Shown here: positions 24,371 through 37,542 of the stretch, piece by piece
Layout: every line of letters begins with the position of its first letter
How positions within the stretch are numbered: the first letter of the stretch is position 1
Origin: Eledone cirrhosa
Taxonomy: Eukaryota
DNA: 64,000 bases
Direction of reading: 5' to 3'
NCBI GenBank assembly: GCA_964016885.1
Contig: OZ024752.1
Location: forward strand, 7,316,001 to 7,380,000
Notes under the pieces: model-generated
What the model saw: only the letters and a program-made list of their open reading frames with translations
Database searches by the model: none
What the model was told of the DNA's origin: nothing
Program-made: the position numbers and the translations under genes

Positions 24371-24626
24371 ATATATATATATATATCATCATCATCATCA
24401 TCATCTTCGTTTAACGTCCATCTTCCATGATAGCATGGGTTAGATGGGAGTTGTCCCACTTGAGGCAAGGTTGGTTGGGTGTCTTGCTCAAAATATATAT
24501 ATATATATTTTATTAAAATAACAGATTAAAGTTTAATAAATATTTGCTCTACGGTTCTTATATATTTTATATATATTTATCCTTATCGAGCCCTCTTTGG
24601 ATTTTAGTCTTCAAATTTATTATTAT

Positions 24627-24667
<41 letters not shown>

Positions 24668-27080
24668 AGTTTCAACGATATATAAAAGAATATACATCAA
24701 TAGTATTAACTGAGAAACTACTAGAATTTCATAGATATACACAGAACAACTAGTTTGTAAGTACATATACTTACTCAAGTTTTACCTTCTTAAATTAAGT
24801 ATAACTACTTATAAACTAATTGTTCTGTACGGAATATTAGTAGTTTCTCAAATGGTAATCATCATCATCATCGTTGTTTTAATGTTTGCTTTCCCTGCAA
24901 GCAAGGCTTGGAAGGGTCTACATAGACCAAGTGAGCGTTGAAGCGGGGCTACTAATCTCCAAGACAAGCAAGGGATCTGTCGTCTTGTTTATGTACAGTC
25001 TCATGTTCTACCAAGTGCTCAAGAGAGGTTGTCAAGTCTTTGACACAACTGAGGGTCCTCCAAACCCTTTGTTTGGCAAGATTTCTACAGCTGGATGCTC
25101 TGCCTATCACCAACCACTTTACAGTGTATACTGGGTGCATGTATTATGTAGAACGGGTCTGCATCTCACTTATGTACCATTTCACATTCTACCGAGTGCT
25201 CAAGAGAGGTTATCATGTCTTTGACATTACTGAGGGTGCTCTCAATCCTTTGTATGGCAAGATTTCTATAGCTGGATGCCCTTCCTATTACCAACCACTT
25301 TACAGCATGTACTGGGTGTGTTTATCATGTAGGTCATAAACACTAGGGAAGCTGTCATGTCTGACACAACTGAAGGATCCGCCCAACAGTTTATTTTGCA
25401 AGCCCTCCATGGCTGGATGCCCTTCCCATCTCTAACCACTTCACACGGAGACAGCAGCTAGGAATGTGTGTGTGTGTGGAGGGGACATAGGGTGTGTGTG
25501 TCATTAAGGTGGTGTAGTGATGTTGAGAGTAGCTATTAGTGAGTGGTAATGGACGGTTAAGGCACAGAGGGTAGGTCAGTCCAAATTGTATGTTACAGGT
25601 CAGGTCTTCTTCAGCACTGTATAGCGCCAGTCCTCGCAGTCTGTAGTCATTGATAATATTGATATATATTCTTTTATAAATCATTTCAACATGTTGTATA
25701 ATTGATGTTCAGGGAGCTTTTTTTATTGAGAAACATAATCCATATATATTTTATATGTATCGATTAAACCTAAATATAGTATATATATACACATACACAC
25801 ATACTCAAATCTGTCTACATTAGGTAACACGGTAAAAAGTTCCCAGTTCCACACTGTAAATGTGGTTGGTGTTAGGAAGGGCATCCAGCCGTAGAAAACC
25901 TGCCAGATAGTCCTATATGAGCGAGACATGGTCACCCGACCAACCTTGCCTCAAGTGGGACAACTCCTGTCTAACCCATGCTAGCGTGGAAGATAAACGT
26001 TAAACGAAGATGATGATGATGATTATAGTAATGATCGAACAATCTTAAGCCATGAAATTTCTAATTGTTCATAAAAGACTTGTTTTGGAATTCTATCATC
26101 ATTCATTCCCAAAACACGATCACTCCACCTCAGTCAAGTCTTGATTAGGAAAGACTACCCCAGAAATATTTACATAGACAAGGTGTCACTATTCCTCATT
26201 CTACCAGCCATTTTATTTCGCATATTTGTCTCGGACATCTAGAAGATCTGTAACTTCTTCTTCCCATTATATTTGTCTCGGACATCTGGAAGATCTGTAA
26301 CTTCCTCTTCCCATTATATTAGTCTCAGACATCTGGAAGAGGTTCAGCTTTCTCTTCCCATCATGTAATGGCACTGCGCCGGTTATGACGACGAGTGTTC
26401 CAGTTGATACAATCAACGGAACAGCCTGCTCGTGAAATTAACGTGCAAGTTGCTGAGCATTCCACAAACATACATACCCTTACCGTAGTCCTCAGGGAGA
26501 TTCAGCATGACACAGAATGTGACAATGCTGGCCCTTCGAATTACAAGTACAACTCATCTTTGCCAGCTGGGTGGACTGGAGCAACGTGAAATAAAGTGTC
26601 TTGCTGAAGGACACAGCGCACCACCGGGAACTGAACTCACAACCTTACAATCATGAGCAGAATACCCTAACCATAAAGCCACGCTCCTTCACTCCCATCA
26701 TGTGAAAGCTGTCTAATTAATTGACATGTTACTGACGTGAGGGAGGAGGGAGCAAGACTCTGCCCCATACAAGAAAGTTGTTATGACAACTGCTTTACAG
26801 ATTTCAATTTTGGTTTTAATAGAAATATCCTGGCTACTCCAGAATCTATTGTACAGCTGGAAGCTGAACTTGCTTTGCCTATACATGTTTCAATTTAATA
26901 AAATGTAGTTTGCTTGAATCATTGTATATAACGTTGAAAGAGATAGAAGGCTAAACAATGCAAAATGGACTGTAAGATGAGGTAACGACAGGTAAAAGTT
27001 ACCTGGTAATCTTTGTTTTTTTTTGTGTGTTTCTTTTATCTGTCCAATATTTCAGGACCTAAAAGTCCCTTCTTCAGAAT

Positions 27081-27309
27081 TTAACTCTTTAGCATTTAAA
27101 CCGGCCATAACCGGCCAGAATTCTCTCACCTCATTCTGTTTAAACTGGCTGTAACTGGCCACTCATACTGATGATAAGGTATTGTTCTCAAAATAAATAA
27201 TATCAAAATCTCATAGATTCGATATTATGCGAGATATTTATATGAGATAACGCCTTTACCATGAAAATATAATAGTATATATAAAATAATGTAAATGCTA
27301 AAGGGTTAA
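27081..27309. mobile_element. piggyBac-like MITE (TTAA target, CCCTTTAGCATT-like TIRs)
   Basis: TTAA at both ends plus TIRs; partial copy at ~27530-27676. Confidence 0.75.
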
Positions 27310-27779
27310 GGAACTTTCAGTGGATAACATTCCAATTTCCTCTTTTTGGTATAAAATTTTGATTTTGATTTAAATTTTTTCTAAATCGTTTTCAAGCGTT
27401 TTTTTGAAATTTCATCCTCCCCAGTGGTTTTCCATTAGTTTTACAGATTTTTCACATCTACTAGGGATGGTGCTGGTGCAAGAGATTGCATCATAGATGA
27501 TCAATTACATTCATGTCTACATTTGATTCTCAGCATTTAAACCAGCCATAACTGGCTGCTCATACTTATGTTAAGGTATTGTTCTCAAAATAAATATCAA
27601 AATCTTAGATTCGATATTATATGAGATAATTATGTGAAAAAGTCTTTACAGAGTAATGTAAATGCTTAAGGGTTAAAATGTTCTGTCCAAAATGTATTTA
27701 CATACTCTGTCAATCTGTAAATAAATTCCCCTCAGCAGATAGGAAAGGAGAGCAACCATTTTTACTGGACTCAAACACT

Positions 27780-28210
27780 CCCTTTTGATAGAGAGATTTC
27801 ATGTTATTTTATCTGCAGCCTCTTGTAGAGTTTTAGCTTTCTCTTGCCACTATTTTGGCTTGATTCTTCGCAGTTAAGCTTCTACTGAACTTTTGGTAAC
27901 CTTACATTGTTATTTTCTTCTTTTGGCAACAGTTTTAATCAGTAATCCATTACTTGTGTAGTCTGTACATCTCAGTTAAATATTGATAGTTTCGTCATTT
28001 TCATTGAACCAGTATTGATGTTTTCGATAAAAACAATAACCATAAACCTCACTAGATGATTCATAAATGGTAACTCTTAGATAGCTCCATGATTCCTCTA
28101 CATTTTCTGATATTAACAATATCTAACATTTTATCCATGGTACGGGAGAGTGTTTTTAGTTGTATCAGCTTTCAGCTTTGACAAATCTAACTTCTTTAGA
28201 AGATTTCGAT
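27780..28210 (-). mobile_element. Degraded LINE ORF2 fragment
   Basis: WQEKAKTLQEAADK-like segment typical of the RTE EN-RT linker. Confidence 0.5.
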
Positions 28211-28999
28211 TATGTTTTAAGATAAGCTTTGGTTTTTTATTATTTTTTTTTTTTTTTTTTTTTTGGTCTCGTAACTCCCGATTAGAGTGTTAGAGGCGCC
28301 GTATTGACATACAGCGTTTCTTGGACATTTTAAGCCTGGTGGAGCCCATCCCTCTCTAGACCAGAGTACTGCAGATTTCTTCCAGAGGGAGGAAAAATTG
28401 ACCCCAGTACAAGACTGGTACTTTTTTTTATCTACTTTGAAAGGAAGAAAGGCAAAGTTGACCTCAGCGGGATTTAAACTCAAAGAGCAGAAAGCTGGAA
28501 CAAATACCATAAAACATTCTCTGTGACGTTCTAATAACTCTGCCAATTCACTGCCTGATATTACTGTGCACTGAAGCATGATAAGACCAACATTCCATTG
28601 TTTGAAACAATTATTATTCGATATACAAAACTTACATACTTATATGTGATACGGCTATGTTGAAGCGAACACCTTAATTCTTGTTCAGGTCCAGCCTACA
28701 GCTCCATATGCAAATGGAGCTAATCAGCATATATATATAAGTGTTAAAACTATATGTGTGCACCTATATTGAGTTCCAGCAGAAAGTGAAGTAAAGGGGT
28801 GCATTACCTTGCTAACAACCATAAGTCCGACACAGCTGTTGGTAATTCCCCCTTGCTTCTGATGGAACTTGCTAGGTGGCGCCCTGCCACTACCTTTTAA
28901 AATTAATGTGTAAACATACTGTATATTATTCAATATACAATATGTTTACAGCTAAGTTGGAGCAAACAACTTAATTGTATTATATTTACATCAATGTTA

Positions 29000-29232
29000 T
29001 TACAGCTATGCACAATATAAATGCAATGTTATAACAACCACTCCAATAATGTATAAATAGGTTTCATGGCCTGCAAATTCAAAACAAGATTCTACCAACA
29101 TCAATACAGCTTTTGAAACAACCTGGAAAAATGCTACAACATTCTCAAGCTACATATGGGATTTACGTGAAAGGAATACACCTTTCAAGTTGCAAATGAA
29201 TATCCTGACCAAGGGGAAACTATACACAGGAA
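29000..29232 (+). mobile_element. Penelope-like GIY-YIG remnant
   Basis: FKTRFYQHQYSF...KNATT.SSYIWDLRE, frameshifted. Confidence 0.6.
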
Positions 29233-29234
29233 GT

Positions 29235-30785
29235 CATCTTCCTCGGGTCCCAGCTACTGGAGTTTCTCTGCCTTTTTATGCAGCTGCTATCTTTTCTATG
29301 CATCACATGTCCCCACCAATGCAGTCTTTTCTTGCACACTACATCCAATTCCTCTTATGCCAAGTTTTTTCCTCAGTTTGCTTATGTTATGTCAGTAATG
29401 CACACATCTATCGGAGCATACTTGATTCCTTTCTTTCTAGACTCCACAGGTTTTCTGTGTCCAAGACCCATGTAACATTACAGTTCACACACAGACGTAA
29501 TATAGTCTACCATTCACTCTGAGAGAAAATCCCTTCGTTGTCTGCAGAGGTAACAGCTCTTTAAATTTCTTCCAGCCTGTTCTGACCCTGGCTATCACAC
29601 TTTCAGAGCATTGTCTTTCAATGTTAATTTGGTCACCATGGTAACAAAAGCTGTCAATATCTTCTAAGAAACTTCCCTAGCAACTTAACCCTTTAGCATT
29701 CACATTACTCTATATTTACTATTGTATTTTCACAGAAAAGGCTTTACCTCACATAATTATAACACATAGTATGGAATCTATGAGATTTTGATATTTATTT
29801 TGAGAACAATACCTTAACGTTGGTATGAGGGGCTGGTTATGGCCGGTTTGAACAGAAAGTGGTTAGAGAATTCTGGCCAGATATGGCTGGTTTAAATACT
29901 AAAGGGTTAAGTTATTCATTTCATGTGTGTTCTAAGTTCTTACTTCTGCATCAGCCACATACAGAGTATCTTTTCTGCTAGCATGTCCACAATCCCACTA
30001 CATATTCTGTGCATCCATAAATTACACTGTCTGCTTCTTATAGAATGTTTGCCCACACCTTTCTAACATATCAAACACAGCCACTTCCCTGATGGTATCA
30101 CCCTCCTGTCCTCTTTCCTACTTATTAAGACATTGCTAAATTTACTCTTAGGCCATTCAGCTCTAGGTTCTGCATCCATGCTTAAAATGTTTCCTCTAAC
30201 TCTCCTACAAATTCATCTATGAGGACTAAGTTGCCAGCATATAGGAGCTCCCATGGATTGCCAGTTTTAAACTTATCAGTGATGGCCAAAAGGACAATGA
30301 TAAACAAGAGTAGACCGAGGACTGAGCCTTGGTGGACCACCACCTGCACTTCAAATTCATTACTATACTACTTGCCAATCCTCACCCTGATGGTTGTTCC
30401 TTTATACATGGTCTGTACAGCCCTCACAAGCCATTTGTCTACACCTAGCTTCCTAAGTACCCACCAGAGCATCAAAGGCCTTCTCCATATCTACAAAAAT
30501 CAGATCATGGTTTACTCTTAGCTAACTCTCCTGTAGTTGTCTCACCAGAAAGAGGGCATCAGTGGTACCCTTGTCTGGCATAAATCCAAACTGCATCTAA
30601 TCTAACTTGATTCTGTCCTTAATTAGTTGTTATAACCCTTTCAGCAACTTTCATGACCTGGTCCATCAACTTGATGCCTCTATAGTTACTTCTCTCTAGT
30701 ACTTCCCCATTGCCTTTGTAGCACTTTATAATGATACTGCTGCGCCAGTCATTGGGTATGACACCATCCTGTACAACTTGACTAA
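29235..30785 (-). mobile_element. RTE-like LINE reverse transcriptase remnant, interrupted by a MITE
   Basis: YRGIKLM..., QFGFMPDKGTTDALFLVRQLQE, VHQGSVLGLLLFII, PWELLYA motifs with stops and frameshifts. Confidence 0.85.
29685..29910. mobile_element. piggyBac-like MITE, same family, opposite orientation
   Basis: TTAACCCTTTAGCATT...AATACTAAAGGGTTAA. Confidence 0.8.
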
Positions 30786-30802
30786 CTAGGTGTCAGACTA
30801 GT

Positions 30803-31029
30803 TTAACCCATTAGCATTCAAACCGCCCATATCTGGCCAGAATTCTCTCACCTCTTTGTTCAAACTGGCCTTAACTGGCCACTCCTACTGATGTTAAGGT
30901 ATTGTTCTCAAAATAAATAATATCAAAATCTCATAGATTTGATATTATGTGAGATAACTATGTGAGATAAAGCTTTTACCATAAAAATACAATAGTATAT
31001 ATAGAGTAATGTGAATGGTAAAGGGTTAA
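30803..31029. mobile_element. piggyBac-like MITE, same family
   Basis: TTAACCCATTAGCATT...GGTAAAGGGTTAA. Confidence 0.8.
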
Positions 31030-31129
31030 AGCCTGCCAAAGTTTGCAGAGGGCTGGAAACCACTGATGAAGATGCTACAGCAGCAGGCAAACACCTGCTA
31101 AAGGTCCCATTACCATCAGAACACCCACA

Positions 31130-31620
31130 TTTGTACGAAAGGTACTGAAAGTCAATTAGCACCATTACTTATGAGCTCAAGATTTCAGGGCACACTATCA
31201 GAAGAACTGTACATGAGGACCTTCAATACAAGTCATATGTGATGTAGAGAGGTACATCCATGTCTGCAAAGACAAAAGATAACCGTTTGATCTGCACAAA
31301 CCACTTCTTGAGCAAGTTGAAACATCAAGAACCTGGGATGCTCTGGTTTTTCTCTAAGAAAAACTTTGATGAGGACGAAAAGGTCAATGAAAGGAATGAG
31401 AGATAGTTATGAAGAGACCTAGACCTTAAAGATATTGCAACAGCCATGTACACGAAGTTTCCTGCAACTGTGATGGTTCTGAGAGTTATGAGCAACGAGA
31501 TGTCGTGCCTCCTCACTTCTTTCCTCAGGGCTTAAGGGTCAATGCTGCTGACTATAAGATGTTGGTGAGGGTTGAGGGCTTGGATCTACCAACAAGACTC
31601 TGTACCATCTCATAACATGG
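31130..31620 (+). mobile_element. Tc1/mariner (maT-like) transposase remnant
   Basis: TIRRTVHEDLQYKSY, TKFPATVMVL.VMSNE and YQQDSVPSH motifs; degraded. Confidence 0.7.
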
Positions 31621-31922
31621 AAAATGGACATTAAACAATGATATTGTGTGAGTGCGTAACGTTCATCATATACTTTGATTACTTAGTACACAACTTATAT
31701 ATCTTAACTACCAACTTTAATGTTAATAATATGCAAATTAGTCCATCCATTTCAGTGACAATACAATAAGAGACGAGGAATATAAGTTACGTGTTACTTT
31801 GTAGGTATTTATAAATACCTTTTCATGAGAACCTAACTAGGTTCCAAAATCCCAGTGCTCCTCGTGATATTGTTATCTTTTGCTCTGGTAGCGACTTGGT
31901 TGTCCAGCCCTTTTGCCTGCCT

Positions 31923-33950
31923 TGTGTTGTATGTGGTCCTAGATGTGTTTATTACCTGCTGGTGTGTTGTATGTGGTCCTACATGTGTGTATTACCTGCT
32001 GGTGTGTTGTATGTGGTCCTAGGTGTATGTATTACCTGCTGGTGTGTTGTATGTGGTCCTAGATGTGTTTATTACCTGCTGGTGTGTTGTATGTGGTCCT
32101 ACATGTGTGTATTACCTGCTGGTGTGTTGTATGTGGTCCTAGGTGTATGTATTACCTGCTGGTGTGTTGTATGTGGTCCTAGATGTGTGTATTACCTGCT
32201 GGTGTGTTGTATGTGGTCCTAGATGTGTATTACCTGCTGGTGTGTTGTATGTGGTCCTAGGTGTATGTATTACCTGCTGGTGTGTTGTATGTGGTCCTAG
32301 ATGTGTGTATTACCTGCTGGTGTGTTGTATGTGGTCCTAGGTGTGTGTATTACCTGCTGGTGTGTTGTATGTGGTCCTAGATGTGTGTATTACCTGCTGG
32401 TGTGTTGTATGTGGTCCTAGATGTGTGTATTACCTGCTGGTGTGTTGTATGTGGTCCTAGATGTGTGTATTACCTGCTGGTGTGTTGTATGTGGTCCTAG
32501 GTGTGTTTATTACCTGCTGGGGTGTTGTATGTGGTCCTAGGTGTGTTTATTACCTGCTGGTGTGTTGTATGTGGTCCTAGGTGTGTTTATTACCTGCTGG
32601 GGTGTTGTATGTGGTCCTAGGTGTATGTATTACCTGATTGTGTGTTGTATGTGGTCCTAGATGTGTGTGTTACCTGCTGGTGTGTTGTATGTGGTCCTAG
32701 ATGTGTGTATTACCTGCTGGTGTGTTGTATGTGGTCCTAGGTGTGTTCATTACCTGCTGGTGTGTTGTATGTGGTCCTACATGTGTGTATTACCTGCTGG
32801 TGTGTTGTATGTGGTCCTAGATGTGTTTATTACCTGCTGGTGTGTTGTATGTGGTCCCAGATGTGTGTGTTACCTGCTGGTGTGTTGTATGTGGTCCTAG
32901 ATGTGTGTATTACCTGCTGGTGTGTTGTATGTGGTCCTAGATGTGTGTATTACCTGCTTGTGTGTTGTATGTGGTCCTAGGTGTGTTTATTACCTGCTGG
33001 TGTGTTGTATGTGGTCCTAGATGTGTGTATTACCTGCTGGTGTGTTGTATGTGGTCCTAGGTGTGTTTATTACCTGCTGGTGTGTTGTATGTGGTCCTAG
33101 GTGTATGTATTACCTGATTGTGTGTTGTATGTGGTCCTAGATGTGTGTATTACCTGCTTGTGTGTTGTATGTGGTCCTAGATGTGTATTACCTGCTGGTG
33201 TGTTGTATGTGGTCCTAGGTGTATGTATTACCTGCTGGTGTATTGTATGTGGTCCTAGATGTGTATTACCTGCTGGTGTGTTGTATGTGGTCCTAGATGT
33301 ATGTATTACCTGCTGGTGTATTGTATGTGGTCCTAGATGTGTGTATTACCTGCTGGTGTGTTGTATGTGGTCCTAGATGTGTGTATTACCTGCTGGTGTG
33401 TTGTATGTGGTCCTAGATGTGTGTATTACCTGCCGGTGCGTTGTATGTGGTCCTAGATGTATGTATTACCTGATTGTGTGTTGTATGTGGTCCTAGGTGT
33501 GTGTATTACCTGCTGGTGTGTTGTATGTGGTCCTAGATGTATTTATTACCTGCTGGGGTGTTGTATGTGGTCCTAGATGTGTGTATTACCTGCTGGTGTG
33601 TTGTATGTGGTCCTAGATGTGTGTATTACCTGCTTGTGTGTTGTATGTGGTCCTAGATGTGTGTGCTACCTGCTGGTGTGTTGTATGTGGTCCTAGATGT
33701 GTGTGCTACCTGCTTGTGTGTTGTATGTGGTCCTAGATGTATGTATTACCTGCTGGTGTGTTGTATGTGGTCCTAGATGTGTGTATTACCTGGTTGTGTG
33801 TTGTATGTGGTCCTAGATGTGTGTATTACCTGCTGGTGTGTTGTATGTGGTCCTAGATGTGTGTATTACCTGCTGGTATGCTGTATGTGGTCCTAGATGT
33901 GTGTATTACCTGCTGGTGTGCTGTATGTGGTCCTAGATGTATGTATTACC
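31923..33950. repeat. 40-bp minisatellite (~50 copies)
   Basis: TGTGTTGTATGTGGTCCTAGATGTGTGTATTACCTGCTGG units. Confidence 0.97.
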
Positions 33951-35612
33951 CGCTTATGTGGGGGTTTTTTATCTTTATTTTTGTTTTTCCTTTCCCTTTC
34001 CTTTGTATAATATTTGTTTGTGTTTTCGTTCTGTAAGCATTATATTATTATATTTCTCTTTATATACAACCGCAGATCGAATTGAAAATAAAATTTGTAA
34101 AAATTAAATTAAAATATTTATCATTCTTTCAATTCACAGGGAAATATGCCTGCTTGCTGTGTTTACATATCTATATACTAAAAATATTTAAATTCATATA
34201 CAGATTCAGAGAGTCTCGGTAACCTGTATATTGTATATATATATAGAGAGAGACATAGTTTTATTGTATAGTTCAACTGCTTCGTACACAAATTAATATA
34301 TATATTAATTAACAACCTGCACGAGCGTTAATGATATGCAAATTAGTACGTTCATTTCAGCATGCTACTATATATGATAGGATATAAGGCCCTCGGCTAC
34401 ATAATTATCTTGTTTAGAATATATACACAATTAAGTTAAAAAATTAAAGATATTTCTCGTTATTTTTAATTCAAATGGAAATATAAATAGTTGGGCTGTT
34501 TACATGTCTATATACTAAAATGTGTACATTTATATACACATTTACGCAGTCTGGTTTACCAATATACTATATATATATTTATCCATATAATATAGATATA
34601 TATACATAAATATATGGACACGTATCAATATAATATATATACATTCATACATGCGCACGTATCGATATAATATATATATTCGTACATATATACGACGTAT
34701 CCATATATATATATATATATATGTGTGTGTATGCATATAATAAGCACCGTGATGCATACATATATATATACGCATGACATATGTATATTATATATATATA
34801 CACACACACATAACGTATATATATATATATATATAAAACGTGTGTATATATATATATACACACAAAATAATAAATATAAAATGTCTCTTGACGAAAAGGA
34901 AACTAGGTTTACTGTCAATGGTAGTAATGTCATGTGGGGTGGGGGAGAGGTGGTAATAGTTGAACGGGGGGTGACAGGGTAATAGTAGAAAGGGGAGTGA
35001 CAGGGTAATAGTAGAAAGGGGAGTGACAGGGTAATAGTAGAAAGGGGAGTGACAGGGTAATAGTATTAGAGTGAGAGTGATAATATAATTGAGAGAGTGA
35101 CAGATTAATAATATAATTGAGAGAGAGAAAGAGTAATAGTTGAATGAAGAGTGATATAATGTAATATAAAGGGATTATTATGGATATAATAGAGAGAGAT
35201 AATGTAATAATAGAATGAGAGAGAGAGAGTTATAATAGAATGAAGACAGGGAGTAGTAATATATTATAGTAATAAATAGTATAATAGAGGTAGATAGAGT
35301 AATAATTGCGTGAGAACGAGAGGGTAAGAGTGTAATAGAGATTAGAGAGGGTAAGGGTGTTATAGAGATTAGAGAGGGTCAGAGTATAATATATTAGAGA
35401 GAGTAAGGGTATAAGAGAGATTAGAGAGAGTAAGGGTGTAATAGAGATTAGAGAGGGTAAGGGTGTAATAGAGATTAGAGAGGGTAAGTCTATAAGACAG
35501 ATTAGAGAGAGTAAGAGTAATGTGGAATGAGAAATTGTTTACCCGAGTCGAATATTCGATGTATAAAAATGTTAGGTAAATGAAGGTGTAAAATATGTAA
35601 ATCGTATCTCAC

Positions 35613-35654
35613 CTGCATCCGATGGAACTCCTCTTCTGATAAGGCAGTTGCCAT
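35613..35654 (-). CDS. GRIPAP1: GRIP1-associated protein 1, coding exon 1 (MATALSEEEFHRMQ)
   Basis: ATG at 35654; translation resembles the recalled vertebrate GRIPAP1 N-terminus MAQALSEEEFQRMQ; donor CAG|GTGAG, phase 0. Confidence 0.93.
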
Positions 35655-36150
35655 TCCTCTTCACAGTTGACGCAAACAGTGTCAGAGAGATTTATTTACT
35701 CCAGTGTTCACAAAAACATCCACACTTTGCTAACCTCCTAGCACTCTCCGAGGCATGTACCCTTTCACTTGTAGCTTTTCCTAGCGTTTGCGAGGCGTGT
35801 ACCCTCGCTTTCACTTGTAGCTGTTCGTAGCGTTTGCGAGGCGTGTACCCTCGCTTTCACTTGTAGCAGTCGTAGTTATTCCTATCGTTGGCCAGGCATG
35901 TACCCCCCTCCCACTTTCACTTGTAGCAGTCGTAGTTATTCGTAGCGTTGGCGAGGCGTGTACTTTCACTTGTAGCAGTCGTTTTTACTCGTAGCGTAGC
36001 TTTACGAGGCGTGTACCCCAGCTTTTCACTTGTAGCAGTCGTAGTTACTCGTAGCGTTGCGAGGCGTGTACCCCCCTTTTTACTTGTAGCAGCTGCTATT
36101 GCTATTTCCTTGCTTCTCTCACCTGCTGCTGTCCTGCTCCGCCATTAGCC
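35655..36150 (-). promoter_or_regulatory. GRIPAP1 5'UTR/proximal promoter region with CpG-containing ~46-55 bp tandem repeats and an upstream AATGGCGG
   Basis: Directly upstream of the ATG; units GCGAGGCGTGTACCC...TTCACTTGTAGC at 35750-36090; CpG-rich relative to flanks. Confidence 0.5.
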
Positions 36151-37542
36151 TACACAATATATAACTATTTACTATTTCATTGAAATAAACTTAACCTCTT
36201 CCCCAGTTTTTCTTTTTTTCTGTCACTTAATAATAATTAAACTGCTATTATAAAATTTAAATTCAAAATGTGTTTTTCAACTAGTAAATAATGTCAGTGT
36301 TGTTTACGAAGATATCGTGCTAAAAATAAATATTAATCAATTTGATTGCGATTAGTTCGTTATCGATACGTCGAAAATAAAAATGTGTTCATAAAAGAAA
36401 GATTATATAAATATATATATTTTTTTTTAATTTACGTTAAAATTACTTCTTAATTAACAAATTGAAAACGTCTTTCAATTTATGTAGTTTATAATTTATT
36501 TTGTTGATGAAATCTCAGTGTAAACTAGATTTTATCATCTGCTAAAGTGGGGACGTGTTTGGTAATCTATGAACATGTGTGGAGAAGAAAAACTATAATT
36601 TTGACGGGCAAATCATACAAACTTTCACTGACATATATTGTCATGTGGTTTATTTTATTTAATACAACCGTGTTTAGTTTAGTTTCTACAAAATAATTGT
36701 TTTTCATTGAGACACAAGGCCAGTAATTTTGGTGGAAGGGAAAGTCGATTAAATCGACCCAGTGCATTACGGGTACTTTATTTTATCGACCCCGTAAATA
36801 TGAAAGGCAGAGTTAACCTCAAAATAATGACTGTCAACTTAATTAAACAAAGATGGGATTTGAACCAATAATGGTTTCTGATTTAGGCACAAGGACAGCA
36901 ATTTTAAGAAGGGGGGGGGGGTCGATTAAATCAACCCCAGTGCATTACTGGTACTTTATTTTACTGAACCTCTAAGGATGAAAGGTAAAGTTAACCTCGG
37001 CGGGATCTGAACTCAATGTTTGAACTCTATGCCGCGAAGTATGTAGTCCGATCCTACCAATCCCCTGCCTTTTCTTAAGGCAGGGGATTAAAAGGCAGGG
37101 GATTGGTAGAGTCTTAAAGGCGGCCAATTGGCAGAGTTGTTAAAACGTGGGATAGAATTCTTTGCAGTATTCGTCCCAGCTCTCTGCTTTCTGAGTTCAA
37201 ATCCCGCCGAGGTCAACTTTGCCTTTCATCCTTTTGTGGTCGATAAAAAAAAGTACCAGTCAAATACTGGAGTCTATAAAAAAAGTACCAGTGAAGTACT
37301 GGTGTCAATTCCTCCTATATATCTCTTTCTCACTTCCCCTCTCTCTCTCTCCTTCTCTCGAAGAAATCTGCTGTATTCAAACCTAAAGAGGAGATGGGTT
37401 CCACCAGGCTTAAAATACCAAAGAAATGCCATATACAGCGCTTCTATGATTCCATCAGGAGTTACTGAACCATACCATACCAAGCATGATTGAAATAAAC
37501 CAGTAGAGCACCTTTATTGCAGTGAAGTGAATCACATATACC

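Noticed and set aside
31923-33950. CRISPR-like array (also considered for 13727-14339 and 47201-48295)
   Set aside because: Head-to-tail repeats with no unique spacers, no cas genes, and eukaryotic context
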